From Phoronis australis (taxonomy: Eukaryota > Animalia > Phoronida), in assembly GCA_002633005.1 (NCBI GenBank), contig NMRA01000330.1, positions 62,001 through 126,000 of the forward strand: a stretch of 64,000 nt of DNA, in the 5' to 3' direction. The notes beneath the pieces are model-generated. The model saw only the letters and a list, made by a program, of their open reading frames with translations, was not told where the DNA came from and ran no database searches. Below are positions 10,983 to 24,300 of the stretch, in pieces; position 1 is the first letter of the stretch, and each line of letters opens with the position of its first letter. A program made the position numbers and the translations under genes.

Positions 10983-13069
10983 GTAAATAATTTTACATTT
11001 GACCATGGACATTTGACTCTTCTTGGTTACTGCAGTATTGCATCTTACAGTTTACCAAATCAATGTTTTAACTTTCCGATTCACGAATCTGATTTGTTGA
11101 GATCATGAGTTTTGGACTTTATGTTTCAAGATAATTCATGTTTTGCGCTGCATGCGTGACGTGTTGCCCTAATCTAAATAGCTAAAATTCACAGAAAACG
11201 AAATGATTTCGGATTGTCAACTTGAGAGTCTTACAATTACTGTTTAAATTGGAAAATTCGACTTTGTTTTTTTAAAAACAAATGCCAGTATAAAAGATCT
11301 CCATGATAGCAAGTAGCAGCATATGTTAAATAAAACAACCATGGATTTAAACTGGCTTGACATATTTCGGTGTTTATTAACCATTTAATAAACACCGAAA
11401 CATGTCAGGCCACTTTAGACCCATTGTTGTTTTTATTAAGATAGAATAAAAGCCTATATCATATGTCTTGTGTTAGGGTAGCAAGCTGCAGTACTAGAAG
11501 AGAACCTGTAAATCTGATTTTGATATTCATTCGAACAGAATTTGCAAAACTTACGAAATTGCTCTCCACAGTGAACCTTATTTAAGTGCAGGTATTTGAG
11601 ACAAGACTAAAGTGAAATGAATATCTACAGTAGTTACTACAGATATTCACTTCACATAATAGTGACGTACTGTCAGAGGCAAAACGAATGGGTGCAAGAA
11701 GTTGTTTTGACTTCCCAGGGGTAGGGGTATTCTCACAGATGAGGTATTCGATATGTGCTGCTCCGCAGGGCTCGATTTGGCGCTGTGCAGGTCACCAATG
11801 CACCTTCAAATTATGTTTGGCGACCTGGAAAAAAATCACAAGTCGCCACGGCGAGTATCAAGGTAGGACAATAATTCCCTCGGAATTTGTTTGTGGTGAC
11901 TTCCAGACTTTACAATTGTTCCGTTTATTTTGTGAAATCTGTGCATTTGCCATACTCAGTAGTCAGCACATATCAAACGCACCTAAATTACAACAGGAAG
12001 TAAACAGATGGAAGTTGGAATTGTTCGGCACGAAGAATTGAGTTAGAGATTCAATGATGTTTATGTTTTATGGAGAAGAATTGAAGAGGTATGCGTAAGT
12101 TTTGAAAACGCAGTACGGCACAGCCTTATTTTTAGTCCTGCTGTTTCGACATCAGTTTTGGCGATCTCATATTTCATTTGGCGACCTGGGATTTTTTATC
12201 AAGTTGCATTTGGTGACCTTCCGTCAAGCTGAGTGTCGGCCATTGTTATGCTATTTCATGCTGAAAGAGGAAAGCAAAAGCTCAGTTTTCGACGTCACAA
12301 AAATATAGATCCTTGGTCAACAGCAGAAAGCTATATAATGGGCCCACATCTTGGGTCTGTATTCATTTCCAATGAGGAAACGAAGTGATATGCACAGTTT
12401 ATGTGGGTCATTCGTGTTTGCTCAACGAAAGTGAATGCTGGTTGTCAAGCCGTTTACACCACTGTCTGTTTTTCTATATTATTGGCAGTACGCTTACAAT
12501 AGTTCATATGCAGAATACAACATTTAAAGTGAGGATAAGAAAAAGGGGGGGGGCAGGGTTATCACCCACCCACACACACACACACACTCGTTCACACACT
12601 TCATCATTTAATAGAAATACCTCTAAACAATATATGAATTTTATATATAATAGATTCATTATAACATCACCGAGGCTCTCCCACATTCTAATTGTGATGT
12701 TGTCCGGTTCTTTTTGTTTTTGAAAATTAAATATTATAATTTTGATATATTTCAACATGAATAACTTAAAGACAGACCAGTCTGGAGGTAACTGCTGTTG
12801 GTTACGTAAGTAAATAAAATATTTTGGGCGACAATGATAACATAATAAGTAAACGGGTAGAATTCAGGAGAACTCAAAACGCCATAACATGAATTAATTC
12901 ATTATTTTGACATCCTTGAGGGAAGATATCAAAATATCTTGAACATTAACCAACAATCTTTGTACTACATTACAATGGAAGAACACCTGTTCACTTTTTG
13001 TTGTTCCATGGATACATATTTATTATTGGAACAGTAATTAATGTGGGAAAAATGTCTGTTCTACACTTC

Positions 13070-13450
13070 CCTGTGACATTTTGAGATGTGACTAAATGTG
13101 GTTTGCCATTACACACTCAGTGACAACCGGTTATTCAGGCTTCCTTGTCACATTTGGAGAAATTTGAGATGTGACTTTATGTGATTTGCCATTACACACT
13201 CAGTGACAACTGGAGGCTTCCTTGTCACATTTGGAGAAATTTGAGATGTTACTAATTGTGATTTGCCATTAAACACTCTGTGACAACCGGTTATTGAGGC
13301 TTCCTTGTCACATTTGGAGAAATTTGAGATGCGACTTTATGTGATTTGCCATTAAACACTCTGTAACAACCGGTTGTTGAGGCTTCCTTGTCACATTTGG
13401 AGAAATTTGAGATGCGACTTTATGTGATTTGCCATTAAACACTCTGTGAC
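13070..13450. repeat. 83-bp minisatellite, ~4.5 copies (C1GALT1 intron 1)
   Basis: TTCCTTGTCACATTTGGAG recurs at 13141, 13218, 13301 and 13384. Confidence 0.9.
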
Positions 13451-14752
13451 CTGTTTTAATGTGTCACGAGGACCCGTTTTCTGGTGCTTGCTACACCTAA
13501 GATTTTTGGTTATTGTGGAGAACACTGATTGTGCGTTCTTGCACAGTAGTATTGTAATAATTGCATTTTAGGTAACAATTACTACATTGTACCAGTAAAG
13601 CAATTGAACATGGAGTTTCAAAAACTGAGCTTTTTGACTGTTGTATACCAAATTCTGGCTAGGTTAGCATGTAGACGCTTAAATCCGGGCATGTATGGTA
13701 GACACTTGTCATTAGTGCTAATTATTTATACACCTGGTTATTATTATATACACCTGGTACACCTGTGTTAGGTGTATGACTAATCTTGTGATGAGGGTCC
13801 TGCATACAGTTGAAAATTATGATGATCTCAGCGATACCACAGAAAATTGATCAAAGAAAATTGGAGTACAATATTTTTAAACAGAAACTGGTTAGATATT
13901 GTCAAGACACTGAAGTTTTAGTTATTCAATATCTTTCGTGGTATTCATTTGAAAAATGGGACATTAATTTATTGTGTTAGGTGACTTGAATATGATGCCA
14001 GTATTGTTGCCTTTGGGTATTTATCATACTGCCATGAACTTGGGACAATGGTCCATTCTTAATATTGAACCTGTGAATATTAAGCTATCCACCAGTCTGC
14101 ATTCAGCCAAATGTATCTAAAGCTAGTAATAAAAAGTGTATTTTCTAAACTAGAAATCCTGCATTAAATTTGAATTTTGGTTTGATACCAATTGATCACC
14201 ACGTCTTTAGTAAAATTTATCAAAAATGAATGGTACGTTCATATTAAATCAACAGTATTAATAACACGATGGAATTTAATTGAATATGATTGTTCAAGAT
14301 AAAATCTCGAAAGTGCTGTTCCAGGTTTTGTAAAGTATTTTGTTTTCGCTTGATGGAGTTTTTGATTTTTTCGCGTCAAAGTAACAAAAGTTCTATTTTT
14401 TGACGACCTCTTGCAAAAAGTGGATTATTCGAAAGACAGTTCAACAGGGTTTTGGAGGCCAGTGCACAAAGCATTGTAACTGAATTGTGGCTGATCAGAT
14501 TGGTTTTCATTGTTTACAGTAATTGTCTATGTCCAAAGTTGAACCATATATTGAATTGTAACAGCCTATTCGTCCCCTAGACTATGTACTTACAGCAATC
14601 TGACATATGAAATGAAATGCTTTCGAATATTTCTTCGTGTTCTGTTGTCATTCCTCACATTGTTCCTAAAGGTCATGACCTTGGGTGCATGCTTTTCACA
14701 ACCAAATGTGAACCATGTAGAAAGTTTCAAGAGTTGATTTCTTCATTTCCAG

Positions 14753-15426
14753 GCGGCCATGACGTGGCAGATTTCCTGTACAAGAATGTGACAGTATTAT
14801 GTTGGATCATGACTAACCCAGGCAATCACGAGACGAAGGCGAAGCATGTGAAGGCCACCTGGGGGCAGAGGTGCAACAAGCTTCTCTTTATGAGCTCAGA
14901 GGAAGATGAGGAGCTTGGTACTATAGGTCTCAGCGTCTCAGAGGGCAGAGACAATTTGTGGGCCAAGACGAAGGCCGCATTTAGGTACATCTACTCGAAT
15001 CATATAAATGATGCCGATTGGTTTCTGAAGGCGGACGACGACACTTACGTAATTGTTGAAAATCTGCGCAAGTTACTGAGCCCTCACGATGCTAAAAAGG
15101 CATCTTACTGGGGCCGGAGGTTCCGCCCGTATGTGAAACAGGGTTATATGAGTGGTGGTGCTGGTTATGTGCTCAGTAAGAAAGCAGTCAAAGATTTTGT
15201 GGAGAAAGGTGTCGACAATGCTGCTGTGTGTCGCCAAGACAACGGTGGAGCAGAGGACCTGGAGATGGGTCAGTGCTTACACACGTTAGGTGTTAAGGCG
15301 ATGGACTCGAGGGATGAGTCAGGGAGGGAGACTTTCATGCCGTTCATTCCTGAGCACCATTTGATACCCGGCTTCATACCCAGAGACAACTGGTATTGGA
15401 GTTACAGCTTCTACCCAGCCGCTGTC
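14753..15426 (+). CDS. C1GALT1: T-synthase, coding exon 2 (catalytic domain)
   Basis: ttccag|GC...GCTGTC|gtaagt. Motifs VLCWIMT, KAKHVKATWGQRCNKLLFMSS, DWFLKADDDTY, GYMSGGAGYVLS, AEDLEMGQCL, FMPFIPEHHL. Confidence 0.95.
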
Positions 15427-16974
15427 GTAAGTTGTCCACTAGAAACTACACCTGGTCAAGTGGAGCGTGTGAGCTGAGATTCCTTTCAATGATTTTATGT
15501 ATCAATGTGAAACGAAAATCAATAGTCTTTAGCTTATTGGACATACTTTTATTTTTTTAAAATACTGTTAGTTTTTGACGATACCACTTGCAAGATCTTA
15601 CGATAAGACCTCCATTACTGTTTGTATCTTTCATAAATGTTCACTGCATACTTAAATGTCAGTCGATGAATTCACCTTGTTTATCAAATTTTTTGTCTCA
15701 TATTAAGCGTATCATAATTAATTTGAAGTATTGCTGGTACACACTTTCCACTTTGACTTGCCATTTAAACATGCTAATCACTCCTATCTGTTTTAATAGA
15801 GTTTCATGATAAAACAACGCAGACCATGTATTATAATGTTGTCCTTGGATGTGGCCAAACACTGATAATATCTTATCAATGTGAGTAAACTGCAGTGCCA
15901 AACTATCAAACTGCAGCGCTAAACTATTGAACTGCAGTTTGTCATCGACTGTGTGACCCAGAACTTGGACCAATAGACCCGTCTATTTGCTTTGATGAGT
16001 ACTGACATTAGCTGAGTTTATTTTTAAATATACCTTGCCCTGTAATGCATTATCTGGAACATAGCCTCATATGGGTTACCGGGGGGGGGGGGGGGGGNNN
16101 NNNNNNNNNNNNNNNNNNNTGGGGGGGTGGAGGTCTCCGGTAATGGAAATGTGATTCCGCCTGCAGACCACAATTTCATGCCAGAGTGATCAAAATACTA
16201 GTGTTGACCAATGTTGACCAAATAAAGCCTGTTGCCCGAGATGTCCTCCTCATAAGACATCTCCACTCAATATCTCAGCCATAGTTGCATGACTCACTAA
16301 ATGGACACAAGAGTGGCAGCTGGCAGTCAGTTTGATTCTTCATTACTTCAAAAATAGATGTCAAAGTATTCACTAGAGTGGTTGACAAAAGGCCATGGAC
16401 AACTTCTATCCCTTGCATGTGTTTCATGAAGTACTGCAGTGTGGCTGCTGGTGTGGTAGCTAATAAAGAAAAAACAGCCTCAGTTTTGGTGTAACTCAAA
16501 CTGCCAGGAAAATAACACTTTTGACCCTTCACGTAACTAATACTTTTGCTAGGGGATATTAAACACAGATGTTTTAAGGTCAAAACATGATAAAATTGCT
16601 CTGCACCCACTGATTGTGGCATTCCTGCTAAGTTAGTGACTCGCATAAGACTGACCACAGGAAGTCAATGTGCCTTGTCTGTTTGTCACCACACTGTGCT
16701 ATGTTTACTATATGCTACACGTCAAGTGACCCATTTTATAGAGCATGTGGTGAACACTTTCTAAGGGATGTTTATGGATACTTTTTTGCTGGCCAGTTGT
16801 TAAATGAATGTTCTTATCCTTTAACTTCTTCTTTTATGGTGTAGATTGAGCTAGTTTTTCGGTAACATTGCTTCTTCATTTCACACAAACTTGTCATGTT
16901 TGGATTTTTTAAGCAGAGCAACTTTGCCGCAAGAAGTCATTGACTATTTCGTCCAGTGTGCTTTTTTGATAGTT

Positions 16975-17165
16975 ATTCTTCAGAAGGTAATAAGGACTAT
17001 CTGTGACAGAGTTCAGAAGGTAATAAGGACTACTTTCTGGGACAATTATACCTCAAAAGGTAATAAGGACTACTTTCTGTGACAGATATACCTCAGAAGG
17101 TAATAAGGACTACTTTCTGTGACAGTTATACCTCAAAAGTAATAAGGGCTGCTTTCTGCGACAAT
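16975..17165. repeat. ~40-bp minisatellite, ~5 copies (C1GALT1 intron 2)
   Basis: Unit approximately CAGAAGGTAATAAGGACTACTTTCTGTGACAGTTATACCT. Confidence 0.88.
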
Positions 17166-18112
17166 TATGAATCTCACGTTTTTGGAAAAAAGAATTTCCA
17201 AAATTTTCCCTTTTTCGTTTTTTTAGTTTTTGAACATCGTTGTGAATCCCCCACATTTTAAAAATATTGTCTGATCGTAGCTACATGTATGGTACAAAAC
17301 TTCCAACAGGGCAAAACATTTATCTAATGTTGCATATCTTTTGTTAAAAAATAAATTTCACTTGCCCAACGTATTGTGCCCTAAATTAGTGATTATGTGG
17401 TATGTATATTTGCTGAGAAATGTGCCAAAATATAATTTCCGTTTTCGGCCAAGATGTATGGCAAATTGGTAAAGAACATACATTCTATGTTAATTCATTT
17501 CTTCTGTCTTTGTAGGAAGTGCTGTGAGCAGCAACAGCCTCTTGACAATTTATCAAACCTTATTTGCAAGAATTGGCCGTTGTAGTATTTCATATACGTC
17601 TAGTAAAATACCATATCTTCATTCTCAGGGAACATCAAATGCTGAATATATACTGTGTAGTACAACCACCTTCCGGTTGTTCCATCGAAACAGGAACCTC
17701 TGTGAAAACAGATATTCTGGAGTCGAAAACAGACCCCATGTCCTTCAAAACAACTAAACAGCCCAAAAAATACGTACCCTGACCTTCAAAACAGGAACCC
17801 TGGGTATCGGACAGGAAACCTGATTCATGTTTTGCGGGCTGTTCAGCTGTTTTGAAGGTGCTGTAATTTGACGTTTAGTGTGTCAATCTCGTGCTCACGA
17901 CGCGCTTTAACCACCCACTCGATTTCTATTGTCTGTTTTGTACATAAAAATATGTTAACGCAATAACAATTATGGTACATAAATATAAAACATATTTTTA
18001 TATTCCCGGATCTTTGTTCTTTCAGAAAACATTTACCTTTGATAGTTGACAAAGCCTGTTTTTATGTATGAGTTGGAAGGGAGGCCACTAAAGCTTTTCG
18101 TTTGTCAAATGG

Positions 18113-18360
18113 TCAAATCTGTTCTGCCAATGAATGCTGCCGCCCTCTGCAGGTCATATAGGCTGCCGTAGAGTTTCTTGTCAAGCGGGGTGGGGGAGGG
18201 CCACACTTCTCTCCTCTTTTCCTCATACAATGGGCATGTATGGAGGATCGTTCCGTGGTCTGGCTGTCCGTATCGCATGGACACAGCTCCGACTGGCTAA
18301 TATTGAATTTGTTGAAAAGGTTACATCTGAGACGATTGTGGCCAGTCCTCAACCTAAAAA
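18113..18360 (-). mobile_element. Decayed non-LTR retrotransposon 3' fragment (C-terminal zinc-finger region)
   Basis: RTGHNRLR..L..KF.I.QS.LCPC....QT.E resembles the LRTGH...CPC...QT.EH tail of LINE ORF2. Confidence 0.65.
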
Positions 18361-19139
18361 TTATGACTTTGGGCGCCTACTTACCTCTAATTTTACCACT
18401 ATACAGCACTGCTTCTACCGATTCTTTGTTTTTTTTGCAATGGACATTGACAGTTGTTGTATTATGTTTCATTCTGATTCTATAGAGGACTCAGGTGGCA
18501 CTTGAACTGACAGACACTATAATGCTCTACTGTACTTAGTTACACTCATTCCTTCAGTTTTGTGAACAGGTCATGCAGCACTGAAGGCATCAATGAAAAT
18601 AGTGCAAAGTACTGTAAAAATTCTTTAAGTTTGGGACAGAAATAATTACTAAAATTGACATATTTTTACTTTTGAAAGTCTTTCCACATTGTTACAAGAG
18701 CTTAAGTTTTTCCAAATTTTGATTGGTAACAGCTACGCCATACAGACCATGCTAAAAGCAAAGTTTGTTGAAAAGTTATCTTAGTTGAGAAATTTGACAA
18801 AATGAAATTTCACCCGTCTGCCATATTGTGTCCCAAACTGAAGAATTTTTACCGAAGTTACTACATTTTCCGTGGATAGTGATTTTTATTTTCATATAAG
18901 TATCCCTACCAGCTGTGCAGGTTTGATAAAATCTGAAACCAGTTTGTTTTTATAGAGGTCCTTCAGATATTGATGAGTATGAGTATAGGTCTGTACCAAA
19001 ACACTAATATGTTCTCTGAGGTTACTTACAGTCCCTGGAATCCTACACTGTTAGTTTCAGCAGTCATTTTTGCAAAAATCGTCAGACTCGATGAAAGTGT
19101 TGAATTTTCCCTCTTACTCACTGTGTCTTGTTGTTGCAG

Positions 19140-19352
19140 GGTCCAAACTGCTGCAGCGACTATGCCATCTCGTTCCACTACGTTCCCCCTAACATGATGT
19201 ATGTTCTGGAGTACCTGATCTACCACCTTAAACCGTACGGGGTCAACTCTCAGTTAGTTCTTCCCAAAGGGACCAAGATGGCCACAATTCCACCGTCTAA
19301 AACGCTCGTTCGGAAGACTAAACGCCGTAGTAAACTTAGAGGCCAACGTTAA
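19140..19352 (+). CDS. C1GALT1: T-synthase, terminal coding exon
   Basis: ttgcag|GGTCCA encodes [34 protein letters not shown]...stop. Joined CDS is 1137 nt (378 aa) with consistent phases. Confidence 0.93.
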   Translation, partial: GPNCCSDYAISFHYVPPNMMYVLEYLIYHLKPYGVNSQLVLPKGTKMATIPPSKTLVRKTKRRSKLRGQR

Positions 19353-21135
19353 TTTCTAATTTAGAGTAGTTGCTCATCTGTTGCATGTGCTTATAAATGT
19401 AGAAATATTGAATGTGGTAAGATTTCCTTCCTAGTCATGTGTTTGTTAATACACGTTGACAGGAATTGGCCTATTTTTATTGTTTCTTGCGTCGCCAAAG
19501 ATCACGTGTTGGAAAGGGAAGTATAATCCTGTGATGGTGGGGAATATTACAAGACTGATTTTACAAGAGCAAAGAATGGGGTTTGTGTTAAGTAGGCTAT
19601 GACACTTTCCCGTTTTAGGATGGATTCTACATTGTGTGCCACCTAGTGGTCATTGTTGTTATTTTTGAGTTATTTTCTGCCTTAAAAATCGGTTAAACTA
19701 CTCTAAGAATCATTACGAAAATTGGCAGCTGTGTTCCTGTCAAGAAAACTACAGGTTGTGTTCATTTTTGGACAAACTTGACTACTGTGAGCCCGTTTGT
19801 GGCAATTTCCTATTTTTTGCATTCGTGGCTGTCCCGTTAAAGTAGGTAGATGGTTCCGATGAGGGAGCCTTGCTGTGTTCAGACTGCTTGGAGATATTCC
19901 TCACCACCTGGTAGCCATTTTAATACGAACTAACATATGGCTTGTGGTGCAGTCGTGAACAAATTTCAGCACTTTGCGTTACTCTTGTTACAAACTTAGG
20001 TCTAGCCCATGGCTTTATTAAAGACCGAGATACTCTGTATTTATAACACTGTTGATTATGCTGTGTTTAGTGAGCAAGGCACTAGTACACTAGTAGGAAT
20101 AGTGTAAAATGTGATGTCATAATTCTGTATTCGGCTCTTCCGTTCACTACTTGCTGCCATTGATTTTATTTCTTATGAATATGCAGTCTGTTATTTTACA
20201 AAACTGAGTTGAGGTGAAATTTTTTTAAAGCTCAAGTTCACTTTCATTGTTATTTTAGTGCTGGGAATTTCCACAAATAGGCCCACCTAAAAGTGCATCC
20301 ATGGATGTATTTTCGATAACTGTTTGCATGTTTTGAAAGTCTGATGGATTGTTCTTTAATACATAGTATGTTCTGATGAAAAATTGTGTTTATTTTGAAA
20401 AGATATTTTATTTTGTATCGTGACTTCACTCAAATGACTATCGCTAATTTGAGTTATTGGATGATTTTGCTGGTAGCTAACTGCATTAGCATGGTATAAA
20501 GGACAATTTTATTGACACATTTTCTGAAAATATATCTGGGTGTATATTTGGCTTCATTTGACATTTTTGAAAGGTCCCTTGGGCCCATTTCTGGAAATTC
20601 CCGTTATCATTTTGTTCTGGTGTCATTCATGGATATCTGCAGCATGTATAGTTATGTCTGTGTACCTTGTTAAGGGTGAAGGAACGAGGGAGTTATCTGT
20701 TGTAACATCTGAAGTGCAGGTCTCCTCTTTTGGAGGTAGAGAAACACATTTCTTGGCTGACCTAGTTTTCGAAAGGTCAGGCCTCGTTTTTTTTGGATGA
20801 TTACAACTATGATCACACTCATTTATTTGGTTTCAGCATTGCCAGCTCCTAGTATTTGAGTGACGGATGTCAAAATAAGTTTAACATGGATTAGCACAAC
20901 TGTAGTGTGTAGCTGTGTCATGTGTGCCCTACTGGTGTGCAGCATTGTGGACAAATATTGCAGAGAATCATTTTTATAAATAGACTTTTGAAGTTATCAG
21001 CTTTCACTAGAGCTACATAACAACAAAATCGGCTGCTTTTACGATTCAATTTCTAATCTTCAATTCTTGCTGTTGTCTGCCAGACTGGTATCTTTACCAG
21101 TTGAGATATAGTTAATAGTGTTTGTCATCGACCAT

Positions 21136-21253
21136 CAGTGGCGGATTTTTCCAGATTCTATTTGGCAGTTCGGATGCGAATGTCTGATGGACAAAATCCT
21201 GGCTAAAAGTTTGCCCTGGTCCCCCCTAACTCAAAATCCTGGGTCCGCCCCTG
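21136..21253 (-). mobile_element. MITE family M1 (CAG...CTG termini, 5-bp TSD ACCAT); other copies ~21855-22008, ~44790-44925, ~47920-48070, 58982-59135
   Basis: TIR CAGTGGCGGAT/GTCCGCCCCTG; internal GCCAAATGGAATCTGG and GATTTTGAGTT shared among 5 copies. Confidence 0.8.
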
Positions 21254-22210
21254 ACCATGATTCCCAATTGGAATCTGCACTAGGGATGTTCTCAGTAAAT
21301 CACTTTTCTTGCTTATAATGTCTAGATCTGTGATGATTACTTCAATGCTCTTGTTGGTAATGGAACTTATAACTGAGGAAATGAAAGTGTTTTAACACTT
21401 AAAAGTTGCCCATATTTAGGGCTTTGAAAACTCACACACAACCAAAGACTTCAGTATGCATTACCATGAACAGCGACCACTTGATAATTATATGTGTGTG
21501 TGTGTGCTTGATGAATCAAATGCAAGTGAGCTTGGTTTTGTTCACAATTTTATTAATACTGGAGCTGGATGTTGATAGAATATTGTTTTATTTCTATAGT
21601 AATTTGTATGTTAAAGACAATTTATTAATGATTTATTAATTGTTGATGATTGAATAAACTTTATGAAACAGCTGACTGTACAAATGTCATTCAGACTAAA
21701 ATATGATGCATATGAAATTCCTGTTTAGTGTGATATATTATATACATAATCCCATTTTGCTCAGGCACTAACCTACATAGGGTCAGGCTAATTAAGATGC
21801 TGGTGCCCTGTATAATTAAATGATAAGAATGCACAAATTTATTTATCCGAATGCTCAGCGCGAATTTAGGGGGGAGGGGTATTGTCCCCCTAAAATTCTC
21901 CCAGATTCCATTTGCCAGTTCGGGGATGCGAATGACTGATGGGCTAATTCCTGGCCAATACTCTGCCCGCCCTGCCCCCCCATAACTCAAAATCCTGGAT
22001 CCGCCCCTGATCACTGCTCGATATAAATCCGGGAAGTTGAAATGTAAACATATTGAGACACTGCGTGCTCGTAAGGTGGCCGTCCATAGTAAAGGTGCTC
22101 CACCTTGTGGATGGACGAGCTCACTACCTCCACGGAATGCTAAGAATGAAATCATAAGCTCCACGTAGATTCACTGTGAAGTGGAATATTCAGAAATCTT
22201 GTTTATACCA

Positions 22211-22345
22211 TATTGCAGCGCCATTAGGTCCATGGGCGTCTGTACAGACCTGCGCTTATATACGCATGTGGAAACGTGCAAACCACTGTGGTAATAAAGG
22301 CTATTATTTTGAATATAGACCCATGGGCCTAAAGGCACTGCAATA
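22211..22345. mobile_element. MITE with ~30-bp imperfect TIRs
   Basis: TATTGCAGCGCCATTAGGTCCATGGG ... CCCATGGGCCTAAAGGCACTGCAATA. Confidence 0.7.
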
Positions 22346-23454
22346 AAAGGGCAACTGGTAGATCAAGTAGCGCCGATGAAACTTACCGTTTCGACAGTTT
22401 TGTCACAAAACACGTTTGCAGCGTAAGAACCATGGAGAGAAATATCAGTGATTGAGTAGATACAAGAGGGTTTATTTAATACTAAATAGAAAATACTAAA
22501 ACTATCAACTTACAAATAACAATACATCATTGGTTTCGGTCGCAATCATCTTCAATAGTTGAGTTTAGATCGGCTAAATTTGTGCAAAACCTAAGGTTCA
22601 AAAGTAAAAGTTCGATTTGAAAGCTGAAACTGATGCTGAATAAAGTTAAAGTTGAGATCATCCGATAAAGACCTGTCGGAATCCAAATTCACTGCCAGAG
22701 AAGCCCGTTTTTAGACAAGAAACTATTTGAATCATAAAAACATGCATTGTTGTATGACTGGCAGGCCAGCGTAGGCAGTAGCCACTATCAGCTGACTACC
22801 GAGTCGATAGATGATGACAATTAAGAAGAACAAATATATAACGGCAGAAAAACGTACAATATACAGTGAAATAAAGTTCAAGTTGATTTAAAAAACATTA
22901 ATTACATTCTGTGCTGAGAATGTTCCAAAATGCGCCAATTTAGGGATGTAAAGTTAAACACAGCCACCAGGTCACACTGCTAAACCCTTGAGCCAGGTTT
23001 CTAGCTCCTCAGCTCGGTTTTAACCATATATCAATAAAGCATAAAAATATTTCCAGGTCATCAGTGCAATGAGCCCACATACGAGGCCTGCGCACGTCTG
23101 ATACAACGTGTATCAGACCGCCTGCAGTTATTTTTTTAACACAAAAGCCAATAAAATTAAAATGAAAATGCCATTACTAGAAGAGCCTATTTGTCTGAGG
23201 CACCGCCAATGAAATGAACCAAGCAGCTCCTGCACTAAGAATTTAACTTGGCTCACATCTCAACCAATGGATGGCATTACCCGCCGTCAAAAAACGAAAA
23301 AAAGGTAAAAATGGCATTTTCAGCGGCTTGCTAAAATTGCTCAAACTCTGATGCAACAGGTCAAGTGATGACTGCTTTGAAATCTTTGTCCCAATTGAAT
23401 TGACTGCACCGCTTATTTCAAAATGAAGAGCTTCTCTCTGTGATGTTCTGAGCC

Positions 23455-23502
23455 TCAAATGATTTTCAAGGGTTCGACTCCCAAGCCTTCTGCTACAGTG
23501 TT
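23455..23502 (-). CDS. Ldh_2-family copy A, exon 12 (terminal)
   Basis: ttcag|NTVAEGLGVEPLKII-TGA; conserved in copy B. Confidence 0.85.
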   Translation of the reverse strand, partial: NTVAEGLGVEPLKII

Positions 23503-23962
23503 CTGAAAACATCAAATGGATGACAATTCTGGCTGTAGGCCAAAGTAGTAACATATAAAATAGAAGAGCGTTTGAGTACTTGGTATTATAAAAACATGTA
23601 TAGCTAATATGTTCGAGTAAAAATGAAACCTCTTGGCACGGATAAGCTCTACTTTATAAAGATTGATCCTTTATATTGTGAATGCCGACGACTGGCCAAG
23701 ATATCAAAATATAGCTAACTTAAAGCATTTATTTGGTGGTGTGGGTGTCTTTGGTGACTCAGCGTCACATCAATGCTTACTGACCAAGTTTGGATGGTAA
23801 GGTATGCCTGGATCCGGACTCGTCATACTTGGTTATTGGTGACTTTCGATCAGTATCACATCAATGCTTACCATATGTTTTACCAAGTTTGGATGGTAAG
23901 GTATGCCTCCAGACTAGTCACACTTAGTCATTAGTGACTTTCAGCATCACATCAATGCTTAC

Positions 23963-24073
23963 CATATGTTTTACCAAGTTTGGATGGTAAGGTATGCCTC
24001 CGGACTCATCACACTTAGCCATATGTTGTCTTTCTGGATCACCAGCAACAAGCACTTCTTTCTCACCCTCTGC
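23963..24073 (-). CDS. Ldh_2-family copy A, exon 11
   Basis: tttag|...|gtaagc; AEGEKEVLVAGDPERQHMAKCDESGGIPYHPNLVKHM. Confidence 0.9.
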
Positions 24074-24146
24074 CTAAATTACAAAAGTGTGGTTAATGGA
24101 CAACTCTTCACTGAATGTTCGCTGCCTAGTGCTAATCACTAAGAAC

Positions 24147-24300
24147 TGCCTCCCGTTCAGTAACGCTAGGACCTCGCTAAACAGCAAGACTTCGCGAGAT
24201 TACGTGAGATATTGCCGTGCATTTTAAATGAGAGCACGTGACTTTGACTAGGTTTTAGCTAGGTCCTAGCGTAGGTCCTAGCGTCTACTGAACGCACGCC
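24147..24300. mobile_element. MITE family M2 (also 34730-34870 and a 5' half at 3570-3635)
   Basis: TIR CGTTCAGTAACGCTAGGACCT/AGGTCCTAGCGTCTACTGAACG; three copies in the window. Confidence 0.8.

Noticed and set aside
16081-16128. G-quadruplex or regulatory poly-G tract (also 59181-59209)
   Set aside because: Homopolymers abut N gaps, so length and context are unreliable.
22525-22560. Second hammerhead-like motif (minus strand, UUGAAGAUG...CCGAAAC)
   Set aside because: Core C3 is mutated and stems II/III do not pair convincingly; at most a decayed PLE remnant.
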